From a virus (Duplodnaviria > Heunggongvirae > Uroviricota > Caudoviricetes), in IMG/VR virus record IMGVR_UViG_3300020171_000017, positions 1-48,684 of that record: DNA of 48,684 nt. One strand, written 5' to 3'. Below the pieces are notes generated by a model. That model had not been told where the DNA came from. It did no database searches and saw only the letters and a list, made by a program, of their open reading frames with translations. A program made the position numbers and the translations under genes. Shown piece by piece: positions 27,878 to 37,452 of the stretch. How positions within the stretch are numbered: position 1 is the first letter of the stretch; every line of letters starts with the position of its first letter.

Positions 27878-28815
27878 AAAATATTATTGTTGGTGGCGCG
27901 GGTTTTATAGGCAGTTATTTAGCCGATTCTTTAATTTTAAGAGGCAATGAAGTTGTTGTGATTGACAATCTTTTTTCTGGTAATTTAAAAAATCTAGATT
28001 TTATTAAAGGCAGTAAAAAGCTTAAGATTTATAAAGAAGATTTTATTGATATAAAAAAAATGCGGTCTATTTTTAAAAAAGAAAAACCTGATATGCTGTT
28101 TAATTTAGCTACGGCAGGTTTAATCAGGGCTCTTGAAAATCCAATATGGTGTTTTGATCAAGAAATTAGATTAGCAGAAACAGCATGCCAACTATTAAAA
28201 GAAGGATTAGTTAAACAAATGGTGCATTTTTCTACTTCTGAGGTATATGGCAATGTTGGTATGCCGGTAATAGATCCAGAATATTCAAGGACAGAGCCGA
28301 CTACAACTTATGCCGCAGGCAAATTAGCCGCCGATCATCTTATATCGGCAATGGTTGATTTAAATGCTGTTATTATACGATCATTTAATAATTTTGGCAG
28401 CAGGCAGCATAATTTAAAGTATCAAGGCATTATACCAAAGACTATAAATTTATTAAGGCAGAATAAACATGTAACAATTTATGGCGATGGCAGTCAAACA
28501 AGGGATTTTATTTATGTAGGCGATACAATTAACCGATTATTTATAATTTTAAGGCATCATTTTGCTTTGTCTAAAGAAAATCGCAGAAAAATCTATCATA
28601 TTTGTTCAGAACAAGAAGTATCTATATTGAAATTAGTTGAGATGATTGCTGGAATCGGGAATTTTGATTTAAAAATTGATTTTGTTGAAGAAAGAAAAGG
28701 TGAAATAAATCGATTAACAGGTAAGCAAACCTTGATAGAAGGAGAAGTATTGCCGAAAGCAGCTCTTTTAGAAGATGTAATAAGAAATTTAATTAACCAA
28801 AGGGGATTTTCATGA
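27874..28815 (+). CDS. NAD-dependent epimerase/dehydratase (extended SDR)
   Basis: GGAGFIG, STSEVYG, YAAGK, FNNFG, GDGSQTRDF. Confidence 0.9.
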   Translation: MKNIIVGGAGFIGSYLADSLILRGNEVVVIDNLFSGNLKNLDFIKGSKKLKIYKEDFIDIKKMRSIFKKEKPDMLFNLATAGLIRALENPIWCFDQEIRLAETACQLLKEGLVKQMVHFSTSEVYGNVGMPVIDPEYSRTEPTTTYAAGKLAADHLISAMVDLNAVIIRSFNNFGSRQHNLKYQGIIPKTINLLRQNKHVTIYGDGSQTRDFIYVGDTINRLFIILRHHFALSKENRRKIYHICSEQEVSILKLVEMIAGIGNFDLKIDFVEERKGEINRLTGKQTLIEGEVLPKAALLEDVIRNLINQRGFS

Positions 28816-29765
28816 AAGTCGCAATTTTAGGTGCATCAGGTTTTACAGGCAGAAATTTATTGTTAAATTTACCTAAAGATTGGCAGATTTATGCATTTTT
28901 CAATACTGACAAAACATTTCAAGATTGGGTAATTAAGAAAAATATAAAAGTAATACCGATTAAAGTTAATTTATCTGATACCTTTATTATATTAGGTAAA
29001 GATATTCCTAACCATTTTGATTTAGTAATATCGCTTATAGGCAATACACAAAGAGTGGCAATAGAAGAACAACCGTTATATGATTTTAATGCCGATACAT
29101 TTGCCATAAGTAATTTTTTTAGTAACTTTACTTGTGATAAGTGCATTTATTTTTCAAGCGGCGCGGTTTATGAAAATCATGTAGGCCTTGTTTCAGTAGA
29201 TAAAACAAAAGGCCTGAAACCAACGATGTCGTATCCAATAGCTAAATTAACTAGTGAATATATCATTTCTCATTTTCATTGGCGTAATCGGATAAATCAA
29301 TATTTGATAGTCAGATTTTTTGGTGCGTATGGCCCGTATCAAAAGAATAATAAGATAGTTCTTTCTACGATTAAAAAATTATTTATTGATAAAGAAAAAG
29401 AATTAAATTTTACAGGTACAGGCAAAAATTTGTTTGACGCCATGTATGTGCAAGATGCTATAGATTGGATATTATTAGCTGTGCAGAAAGAATTTAAAAA
29501 TCAAACTATAGATTTTGGATTGGCAAAACCTATAACAATTAAACAACTGATTAAATCAATTGCAAAAGCCTGTGATAGAAAAGATGTAGTTATTAATTTT
29601 GATGGTTTGCCGCCAAAAGAAGATTATTATTTTAGGTTAGGTGATGAAAATTTTACTGTATTACCGCCATTTGGTTATAAATTTAAAGTTAGTTTAGAAA
29701 AAGGGCTGGTATTAACAAGAGATTGGATATTGAAAAATGTAGATATTTTATGGCCGAAGAATTAG
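28812..29765 (+). CDS. NAD(P)-dependent epimerase/reductase (extended SDR)
   Basis: GASGFTG, SSGAVY, YPIAK, RFFGAYGP. Confidence 0.88.
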   Translation: MKVAILGASGFTGRNLLLNLPKDWQIYAFFNTDKTFQDWVIKKNIKVIPIKVNLSDTFIILGKDIPNHFDLVISLIGNTQRVAIEEQPLYDFNADTFAISNFFSNFTCDKCIYFSSGAVYENHVGLVSVDKTKGLKPTMSYPIAKLTSEYIISHFHWRNRINQYLIVRFFGAYGPYQKNNKIVLSTIKKLFIDKEKELNFTGTGKNLFDAMYVQDAIDWILLAVQKEFKNQTIDFGLAKPITIKQLIKSIAKACDRKDVVINFDGLPPKEDYYFRLGDENFTVLPPFGYKFKVSLEKGLVLTRDWILKNVDILWPKN

Positions 29766-29773
29766 GAGGAATA

Positions 29774-30727
29774 ATGCAAAGAGATTATCTTAGCGAAAAA
29801 GCGATTAGAGAATTAGAAGAACGTTGGCAGGCTGATTACCGTTGGATTGATGAATATGATCGTTATATGAAAGGTGATTTAGATCCAGTTATCAATAGAT
29901 ATTATGAAACGACCAAAGATTATAATATTGATATTTACGCTATTAATTTTGATCACGCAGGCATAGGTATGGAAGATTCGTTTTTTAGAGATAATATTTA
30001 TCCAATGCCTAAAAATAAAAATATCTTAGATATCGGCTATGGTTATGGGGCTTTTTTAAGAAAAGTAGAGCCTAATAATAAATTTGTGGCAGGTATAGAT
30101 ATTGGCATGAACGGATTTAAAATGTGCAAAGATTTAGTGGATAAAAGAGTGGCTTTATTGTATTTAGATATTTCCCGCGAGAGAATGCCGTTTTGTGATA
30201 ATACTTTTGATATAGCAAATATTACTGAGACTATTGAACATGTTGATAATCCTTTTTGGGTTTTTTCTGAAATTAAACGAGTAATGAAAGATAACGGCCA
30301 TTTGATTGTTACATTTCCAGAACAAGAAGATCAAGCAGGTGCCTGGGGCGGTGAACATTTACATTTATATCCAGGATTATTTAGAAGGTGTGATTTTAGA
30401 AGGTTTATGATGCAGTTGTTTTTTAAATTAATTTCATATAGTGAAAATGGCGGTACAGGTAAATTTATTTTTAAAAATATTAAAGAAAGGTATGTCAACG
30501 CTTATTGTGTCGCAAAAGGCGATTTTAAAGCTAATTTAGTATATGAACGAATCCGTAATTGGGATGAAGATTTAGAACAACCTATTCCTGCGCATCCACA
30601 TAATAAAGAATTGCAGCCAGGCCAACAAAAACCTCGGCTTGTTATAGATGAAAGAGTTGATATACAAAAAGAAATGGCATGGGTATTTGATGCTAATACG
30701 ACAGAACCGCCAAAAATGGAGTTTTAA
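29774..30727 (+). CDS. Class I SAM-dependent methyltransferase
   Basis: ILDIGYGYG, GIDI, PFCDNTFD...ETIEH. ATG 29774 has RBS AGGAGG. Confidence 0.88.
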   Translation: MQRDYLSEKAIRELEERWQADYRWIDEYDRYMKGDLDPVINRYYETTKDYNIDIYAINFDHAGIGMEDSFFRDNIYPMPKNKNILDIGYGYGAFLRKVEPNNKFVAGIDIGMNGFKMCKDLVDKRVALLYLDISRERMPFCDNTFDIANITETIEHVDNPFWVFSEIKRVMKDNGHLIVTFPEQEDQAGAWGGEHLHLYPGLFRRCDFRRFMMQLFFKLISYSENGGTGKFIFKNIKERYVNAYCVAKGDFKANLVYERIRNWDEDLEQPIPAHPHNKELQPGQQKPRLVIDERVDIQKEMAWVFDANTTEPPKMEF

Positions 30728-30730
30728 AAA

Positions 30731-31507
30731 ATGTTAAATATTTCGATTATTATTCCTATTGGTTCACGCAATGCAATGTTAAAATGGTGTGTAAAAACAA
30801 TTCGTGAAAATTCTGTCAATTCTAATCATGAGATTATTGTAGGTTTTGATAGGATTCGTGTCGTAAAAGATATGTCAAAACCAATAGAGAATCAGCCTGA
30901 ATCTATAATCAAATGGCACGAACTGCCGTCTAAAGAGTTATTAGATTTTTTAGAAAGGTATAACTGTAAATGCTACAATTTAGGTGAATTAGGCGATCAT
31001 TACCGCGATACTAATGCTTGTGTAAGGTATTGTTCAAATGAATGGATGAACTTCATGCATAACGATATTTATTGCGCTAAAAATTGGGATTTAGGCGTAA
31101 TGAACGCTATAGAAAGTGGTTTCGCAGTTAATCATGATATTATTATTCCTAATAGCTTGCCTGATCATGCGCAGCCTGCTGGCATAGCGCATCAAACTGT
31201 GATTGACGTATTTAAAAGTGATTTTATAAGTTCTCAAGAAAAAGAGATTTATACTTTTAATGATGCTAAAGTAGAAGCTTTTATTAAACTATTTTCTAAA
31301 CCAGGCCAATATTTTAAAGAGTTGGAAAGAAATTTGTCATGGGTGTGTCCTATTACTATCAAAAAAGATAGTTTTATTAAAGCTGGAATGTATCCTGTAA
31401 AAGAGCCGTTTCCATTTGGCAATGATTTAGCGTTAGATAGAGCTATAACTGATAAACTACGTGGTAATAAAATTGTGCCGTTAGATAGTTTCATTTGGCA
31501 TCTATAG
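30731..31507 (+). CDS. GT2-like glycosyltransferase
   Basis: ISIIIP, HEIIVGFD, FMHND, SFIWH. Confidence 0.75.
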   Translation: MLNISIIIPIGSRNAMLKWCVKTIRENSVNSNHEIIVGFDRIRVVKDMSKPIENQPESIIKWHELPSKELLDFLERYNCKCYNLGELGDHYRDTNACVRYCSNEWMNFMHNDIYCAKNWDLGVMNAIESGFAVNHDIIIPNSLPDHAQPAGIAHQTVIDVFKSDFISSQEKEIYTFNDAKVEAFIKLFSKPGQYFKELERNLSWVCPITIKKDSFIKAGMYPVKEPFPFGNDLALDRAITDKLRGNKIVPLDSFIWHL

Positions 31508-31515
31508 GAAAATTT

Positions 31516-32331
31516 ATGAACTTTTCAATTATTTTACCGACAAGATACCGTTCAAAAATGATGGAATATTTTTTGTATTCATTAAAAAGAAACAGCGTTT
31601 TTGAGCATGAAGTTATTGTTATATGCGATATATTTACTAGTTGGCAGACATATAAGTATTTACAAGAACATAATATATTTTATTACCAAGTTGATTATTG
31701 CAACTGGTATAAAATGTTAAATTTCGGCGCAGATAAAGCAAAGAATGAATACCTCGCTTTATGTCAAGATGATGTTTTGTTTGGCTATCATTGGGATGAG
31801 CTGTTACAAAGATATTTACATAAATTAAATATGATAGCGCCTACTTTTTTAGAACATGTGAATGGCCATTATTTTGGGTCATATGACAAAGACAATGTAA
31901 GGCATTTAGAAGATTTTAATTTTGATGAGTTTGATTCATATTGTAAAGCACATAGTAACGCGCCTTTACACGGTGACGTAAAACATCCTATGATCATACA
32001 TAAAGAAACTTTTAATCAGTTAGGTAAATTTACATGTTTTACAGGCCAAGAAAGAGTGCATTTGCATCATGAATCTGGTTTTAAGTTTAGGTTACAGCAA
32101 ATTGGTGGACAAGCATTTGGTGTAGGCAATTCTTTTATATACCATATACCTAATGTTGGATATGATCAAAACATACCGAGATATGGTTATGATTTTTATC
32201 AGGGTCCAACTCATATACCTTTAGAATGCAAGAAATGTGGTTTTAAACAGGCAGGCAGTGAACTGACTAGTAAAGAGTTAGATGATGCTATTAATAGAGG
32301 ATATTGGATATGTCAAACATGCAGGAAGTGA
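31516..32331 (+). CDS. GT2-like glycosyltransferase with a C-terminal Cys4 zinc ribbon
   Basis: FSIILPT, EVIVICD, LCQDD, FIYH; CKKC...CQTC. ATG 31516. Confidence 0.78.
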   Translation: MNFSIILPTRYRSKMMEYFLYSLKRNSVFEHEVIVICDIFTSWQTYKYLQEHNIFYYQVDYCNWYKMLNFGADKAKNEYLALCQDDVLFGYHWDELLQRYLHKLNMIAPTFLEHVNGHYFGSYDKDNVRHLEDFNFDEFDSYCKAHSNAPLHGDVKHPMIIHKETFNQLGKFTCFTGQERVHLHHESGFKFRLQQIGGQAFGVGNSFIYHIPNVGYDQNIPRYGYDFYQGPTHIPLECKKCGFKQAGSELTSKELDDAINRGYWICQTCRK

Positions 32332-33137
32332 TGTCCAGAAATTTTGATGATGATCTTTATGAGTTTACAGGGAAAAGACAATCTGATTATCAAGAGATAC
32401 GCGATAAATTTGAGCAGCAATACGGCATTAATGGGTTAGATCCATATTGTTTGACAGATGTTGATTTAACTTCGCCTACGCATAAAGGTTTAATTGATGC
32501 TTATAATGATCCAATATTCAATGCGTATGTTTATAGTTATAACGGTATTTTCCCTAAAACATTGCCGATAGATTATCCTAATTTAGAATCAGAACCTGTT
32601 ATTGGAAAATTTTTAAATCGGCCAAATGAAATTCTTAAAGGCAATCGGTTATTAGAATACGGCTGTGGCGGTTGTAATACGGCATTTATGTTTTGGTTGG
32701 CTGGTTTTGATCTTACTTTATGTGATTTGCCTTTAGATTGGCTGAAATTTTTAGAATGGAGAATAAAAAAATATGAAGTACCGAGAATAAAATTTATATA
32801 CATAGAAGATAATGCGTCATTTTTGCCTGATAATGAAATGTTTGATTGTTTTTATACGCATGATGTTTTTGAGCATGTAGTTAATCCTGCCTGGGCTTTA
32901 TTTCATATTTCACAACATATAAAACCTGGTGCGTTAATTTATATAGAATTAAAGTTTCATTCTGGCGGTTTTCATTTAGCAGTTGACTATAATAAATTTA
33001 ATTTAGAAAAAGATAAAATAAGCAATGAAGACGGCAATCAGTTATGGCGCGATGTTATTAATATGTGCGATATCGTGCCTGTACCTCTTAATTGGCAATA
33101 TCCACCATATTTTTTTAGAAAGTTATGGAAAAATTAA
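32331..33137 (+). CDS. Class I SAM-dependent methyltransferase
   Basis: LLEYGCGG, HDVFEHV, IKPGA. ATG 32331 by TGATG coupling. Confidence 0.85.
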   Translation: MSRNFDDDLYEFTGKRQSDYQEIRDKFEQQYGINGLDPYCLTDVDLTSPTHKGLIDAYNDPIFNAYVYSYNGIFPKTLPIDYPNLESEPVIGKFLNRPNEILKGNRLLEYGCGGCNTAFMFWLAGFDLTLCDLPLDWLKFLEWRIKKYEVPRIKFIYIEDNASFLPDNEMFDCFYTHDVFEHVVNPAWALFHISQHIKPGALIYIELKFHSGGFHLAVDYNKFNLEKDKISNEDGNQLWRDVINMCDIVPVPLNWQYPPYFFRKLWKN

Positions 33138-34174
33138 TGTTGACTAACGAAAAAATTAATCAATGTTTTATTGAGCATCCAGATTTTGAATTTATGTATA
33201 AATATATGATTTCATTGCAGCAGCATCAGACATACGCGATATGCGATTGGCGGTGTCAAGACGGCCTTTTTGGTGTTGCGTTAGCGGCTAATAAATTTAA
33301 TAATGTTACTTTAATTGATGAACCGCCAAATTATTATGAGTTATATGAAAATTATAAAGGTAAAAATATAACTATCCATAATCTTAATGATAAATTACAA
33401 CCACAAGATATATTTGATGTCATTATTTGCAGGGATTTTGATTGGATTATTGAAAATAAAGATTGGCGGAAAGAACTGGATTTTTTAATTGAACATTTGC
33501 GTGTTGAAGGTTTGATGTATATTTTAAGTAAAAATGAAAAAGTATTGCATCAAATTGATGAAGATAATTGCATTTATCTGCAAAGAAGAGGATATGATAG
33601 ACATGGCTGGCCGACTATTTTTGAAAAAATAGTTGATTTTGAGTATGGTTTACAAAGGTTTAATTATCTTAACCGCCAGATAGTAGGAGAAGCGCAAAAA
33701 GAAGTGTTACGCAACTGCGTATTTAATTTTGCCGAAGAAAAACAGCCTATTTTAGTTATTGGCGGTCCAGCAGGCGAGATGCCGTTCCCAGTAAAAGTAA
33801 TAACATTAAATATCCAAGGGCAGAGTGATTTTGGCAATATTAGAGCTGATCGGCCATTGCCGATTGCTGATAATTCTATAGGACTGATTGAATCTAGCCA
33901 CGTTTTAGAACATTGTGAAGATACTTTAGCCACTTTAAAAGAATGGATGCGTATACTTAAACCTGGTGGTATAATGCTGCATATAGTGCCAGATAAACGG
34001 TATCATCAACATCTTATGGATGAAAATTTTAAAATAGGTGACCGTTGCTTTGTGCAATTTACAGCTGATGAATTATTCGATATTGTGAAACAAATACCGA
34101 ACGCAGAGATAATACAATTTAATACTAAACAAAATAAGTTTGATATCGATTTAATTATAAGGAAAAAAAAGTGA
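33137..34174 (+). CDS. Two-domain methyltransferase-like protein
   Basis: Divergent N-domain (ICDWRCQDG, FDVIIC...LRVEG). C-domain has SSHVLEH...EWMRILKPGG. ATG 33137 by TAATG coupling. Confidence 0.75.
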   Translation: MLTNEKINQCFIEHPDFEFMYKYMISLQQHQTYAICDWRCQDGLFGVALAANKFNNVTLIDEPPNYYELYENYKGKNITIHNLNDKLQPQDIFDVIICRDFDWIIENKDWRKELDFLIEHLRVEGLMYILSKNEKVLHQIDEDNCIYLQRRGYDRHGWPTIFEKIVDFEYGLQRFNYLNRQIVGEAQKEVLRNCVFNFAEEKQPILVIGGPAGEMPFPVKVITLNIQGQSDFGNIRADRPLPIADNSIGLIESSHVLEHCEDTLATLKEWMRILKPGGIMLHIVPDKRYHQHLMDENFKIGDRCFVQFTADELFDIVKQIPNAEIIQFNTKQNKFDIDLIIRKKK

Positions 34175-35346
34175 AAATAATAGGTTTAGGCGCTGGTTTA
34201 GCAAATTGTATGTTAGGTTATTGGTTAATAAAACAAGGGCATGAAGTTGTTTTAATAGATAAAAATTCTTCACCTGGCGGGATGTGCAGAACATTTTATT
34301 ATGAAGATTTAACTTATGAATATGGACCTCATATTTTATATACAAATGAAAAAGAGGTTTTAGATTTTTTTAGTTCTTTTGTTGGTTTTGTGCCAAACGA
34401 ATTTTATTTATCGACACAGGTAGAAAATACAATTTTAACATATCCGCCGTATTTAGATGAAATATCTCAATTGCCTTCTGGTAATATTATTATGCAAGAA
34501 TTAAAAAACTTGCCGCAAGATGTTGACGAGACTAATTTTGAAACTTTTTTAATATCTTGTGTAGGTAAAAAAGCGTATACTTTATTTTTTGAAGATTTTA
34601 CCAAGAAGTTTTGGAATGTGCATCCGTCACAACTATCCGCAAATTGGGCGAAAACAAGAGAATTGAGATTAAAAACAAATGCTGATAAAAAAGCGTTTTC
34701 TGCTAAGTATCAAGGATATCCAGCTGCCAATTACACAGAATTGATTAAAGTATTAGTTGAAAAGATATCTATTATACGAGGCAATATTATCGGTTTTGAT
34801 AATGGCGTTATTTTAGATACAAATAAAAAGATACAAGGTGATTTTTATATTAACAGTATACCGATAGATGAATTGTTTAATAAAGAGTTCGGCGAATTAG
34901 AGTTCGCTGGATTTAATTTACAACTTGATGTTTATAATAAAAATTATGAATTGCCTACGCATCAAACAGGCAATAAAACAGCTTGGATGTATTTTCCATC
35001 TCAAGATGTGCCGTATACAAGAAAATGCGAATATAAAACTATTACGCAAAAGAAGAATGAAAGAACACTTATCGGTACTGAAATACCGATGCGTGGGATT
35101 AAATTATATCCATTTTATGACAATGTAAATGAATTAAGGTTTAATCAATATTTAAATAAAACGTGTAATCTAGATAATTTTATTACTTTAGGTAGGTTAG
35201 GCCTGTTTATTTATACTACTATGGGAAATACTTATATGATGGTGAAAGAAGTACTACAACTAATTGATAAATGGCAGATGTATACAAATGTAGAAAGGCG
35301 TAATACTTTATTAGATATAAGAAAATTAGCGGCTAAAGGTGCATAA
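34171..35346 (+). CDS. glf: UDP-galactopyranose mutase-like flavoenzyme
   Basis: GAGL...DK....GGMC, YGPHILYT, YQGYP, TRKCEYK, LGRLG. The Glf pattern is recognisable but divergent. Confidence 0.7.
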   Translation: MKIIGLGAGLANCMLGYWLIKQGHEVVLIDKNSSPGGMCRTFYYEDLTYEYGPHILYTNEKEVLDFFSSFVGFVPNEFYLSTQVENTILTYPPYLDEISQLPSGNIIMQELKNLPQDVDETNFETFLISCVGKKAYTLFFEDFTKKFWNVHPSQLSANWAKTRELRLKTNADKKAFSAKYQGYPAANYTELIKVLVEKISIIRGNIIGFDNGVILDTNKKIQGDFYINSIPIDELFNKEFGELEFAGFNLQLDVYNKNYELPTHQTGNKTAWMYFPSQDVPYTRKCEYKTITQKKNERTLIGTEIPMRGIKLYPFYDNVNELRFNQYLNKTCNLDNFITLGRLGLFIYTTMGNTYMMVKEVLQLIDKWQMYTNVERRNTLLDIRKLAAKGA

Positions 35347-35360
35347 AAAGGAGAATAAAA

Positions 35361-36350
35361 ATGGCAAAAATTTTAATTTCGGGTTCGGCGGGCATGATGG
35401 GCTCTTGGATTGCCGATGAATTAAGTAGGCAAGGACATATAACCTGGGGCGTAGATAATCTTTCAGGGGGATTTTTAAGGAATACATTAGATCATCTATG
35501 CTTCTTTTTAGATTTAAAAGATAGGCACGCTGCTGAACGCTTAATCGCACAAACTCGCCCGGAGATCTTATTTTTTCTAGCCGCAAATGCTCGGGAGTGC
35601 GCTTCTTTTTTTCAACCAAGAGAAGTGGTAGAAAATAATTTACTTGCATATATTAATACATTAGAGCCTTGCATTAAATACGGACTAAAAAAAGTTATAT
35701 TATTTTCAAGTATGTCCAGATTTGGCGATCAAAAACCACCTTTCAATGAAGATATGCCGACAAAACCGATAGATATTTATGCTTCTTGTAAAGTAGCGAT
35801 GGAGGAAATCACAAAACAACTCGCAGAAGCACATGGTTTTGATTGGACAATAATCGTGCCTAGAAACGTTTTTGGTGAAAGACAGAGTTTACAAGATCGA
35901 TTCAGAAATTTTATTGGCATAACCATAAATCATATTTTAAGAAACGAGGATATAATAATTTATGGTGATGGTGAACAAGTCCGTTCGTTCTCCTATATTA
36001 AAAATAGCCTTGATTGTTATATAAAATGTTTAGACAAATCAACTAATGGTCAAATTATTAATATAGGTGGTCTATTGCCAAAGACTATCAATGAAGTTGC
36101 TAAAATTATATTGTCTAATTTTCCTAACTACAAAGGGGAAATTACTTACTTGCCTGCAAGGCATGGGGAAGTAAAATATGCTTGGGGAACGTTTGATAAA
36201 TCAGTTGAGTTGTTAGGGTATAAAGAAACCTATTCTTTAGAACAAGGTATAAAAGCTATGTGTGATTGGAGTGTAGTTTTAGGACCGCAAGAATGGTCTA
36301 AGGATAAGTTATCTTTAATTAATGAGAAGGTACCGATAACTTGGAGATGA
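35361..36350 (+). CDS. NAD-dependent epimerase/dehydratase (extended SDR)
   Basis: SGSAGMMG, VDNLSGG, SSMSRFG, YASCK, GDGEQVRSF. Confidence 0.9.
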   Translation: MAKILISGSAGMMGSWIADELSRQGHITWGVDNLSGGFLRNTLDHLCFFLDLKDRHAAERLIAQTRPEILFFLAANARECASFFQPREVVENNLLAYINTLEPCIKYGLKKVILFSSMSRFGDQKPPFNEDMPTKPIDIYASCKVAMEEITKQLAEAHGFDWTIIVPRNVFGERQSLQDRFRNFIGITINHILRNEDIIIYGDGEQVRSFSYIKNSLDCYIKCLDKSTNGQIINIGGLLPKTINEVAKIILSNFPNYKGEITYLPARHGEVKYAWGTFDKSVELLGYKETYSLEQGIKAMCDWSVVLGPQEWSKDKLSLINEKVPITWR

Positions 36351-36363
36351 ATTTTTAATATTT

Positions 36364-37452
36364 ATGAAAGTAAAAACTATATGTAATCAATGTAAGAAAA
36401 TTATATATAAATCTATTTCTTCTTTTAAAAGAAGTAAGACTCATTTTTGTGGTGTTAAATGTTATATTGAATTTCAAAAAACAAGTAAAAAAGTTAAATG
36501 TTGTTTTTGCAATAAAACTTTATTACGTGTTCCTTGGCGTATTAAAAATTATATTAATAGTTTTTGCAATATGAAGTGTTTTGGTAAATTTGTACATTTA
36601 ACTAAAACAAAAAAATCAAAATGCCCTAATTGTAAAAAAATAATTGCGAGGTCATTATATCATTTAAAAAATCATAATCATTTATTTTGTAATAAAGAAT
36701 GTCAATTTCAATTTGTTAGGAAGAAAAATTTAAAATTAAGAAAAACTATTGAATGTGCTTTTTGTCATAAAAAATTTAAAAGAAAAAAATCTCATATTGC
36801 GAATAATAAGCATAATTTTTGTTCAAGGAAGTGTAACTATAGATGGCAATCAGTTAAAATGAAACATAAAAGAGCAGGTAGATATATTAAATGCCCTACA
36901 TGTAGTAAAAAATTCTATGTACCAATAGGCAGATTTAAAAAATATAAACAATGTTTTTGCAGTCCAGAATGTAACAATAAATCTAAAAATAATGGTAGAT
37001 ATTTAGAATGTTCTTATTGTAAAAAAGAAATTTATGTTAGACAACGAAGATTCAAAAAGAGTAAATATAAAAAATATTTTTGTAGTAAAAAATGTTACTC
37101 TAAATATTATGTTAATGAGAATCATTACCTTTATTTAGGCAAAAAGAACAAATATCCTGCAGAATTTCGTCATATAAAAGAAGATATTAGATTTAGAGAT
37201 AAACACCAATGTCAGAATATTGATTGTGGTGTGCCAGAAAAAGAATGTATTCATAAATTATCAATTCATCATATAGATTATAACCGTAAGAATAACGATC
37301 CAATTAATCTTATTACATTATGTGTTAGTTGCCATACAAAAACTAATTTTAATCGTAGATATTGGAAAAAGTATTATGAAGATATACAAATTGGAAGAAA
37401 AGTACATTTGTTAAAGATATTAGATATATTTTATAATGGAGAAAAAATATGA
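36364..37452 (+). CDS. Free-standing HNH endonuclease with Cys-rich repeats
   Basis: About eight CxxC...FC(S/N)xxC units, then IHHIDYNRKNNDPINLITLCVSCH. Very Lys-rich and AT-rich. Confidence 0.85.
   Translation: MKVKTICNQCKKIIYKSISSFKRSKTHFCGVKCYIEFQKTSKKVKCCFCNKTLLRVPWRIKNYINSFCNMKCFGKFVHLTKTKKSKCPNCKKIIARSLYHLKNHNHLFCNKECQFQFVRKKNLKLRKTIECAFCHKKFKRKKSHIANNKHNFCSRKCNYRWQSVKMKHKRAGRYIKCPTCSKKFYVPIGRFKKYKQCFCSPECNNKSKNNGRYLECSYCKKEIYVRQRRFKKSKYKKYFCSKKCYSKYYVNENHYLYLGKKNKYPAEFRHIKEDIRFRDKHQCQNIDCGVPEKECIHKLSIHHIDYNRKNNDPINLITLCVSCHTKTNFNRRYWKKYYEDIQIGRKVHLLKILDIFYNGEKI

Noticed and set aside
31490-31520. Frameshift splitting one GT2 into two ORFs
   Set aside because: Both ORFs have their own GT2 N-terminal motif and DxD-like motif, so they are tandem paralogs.
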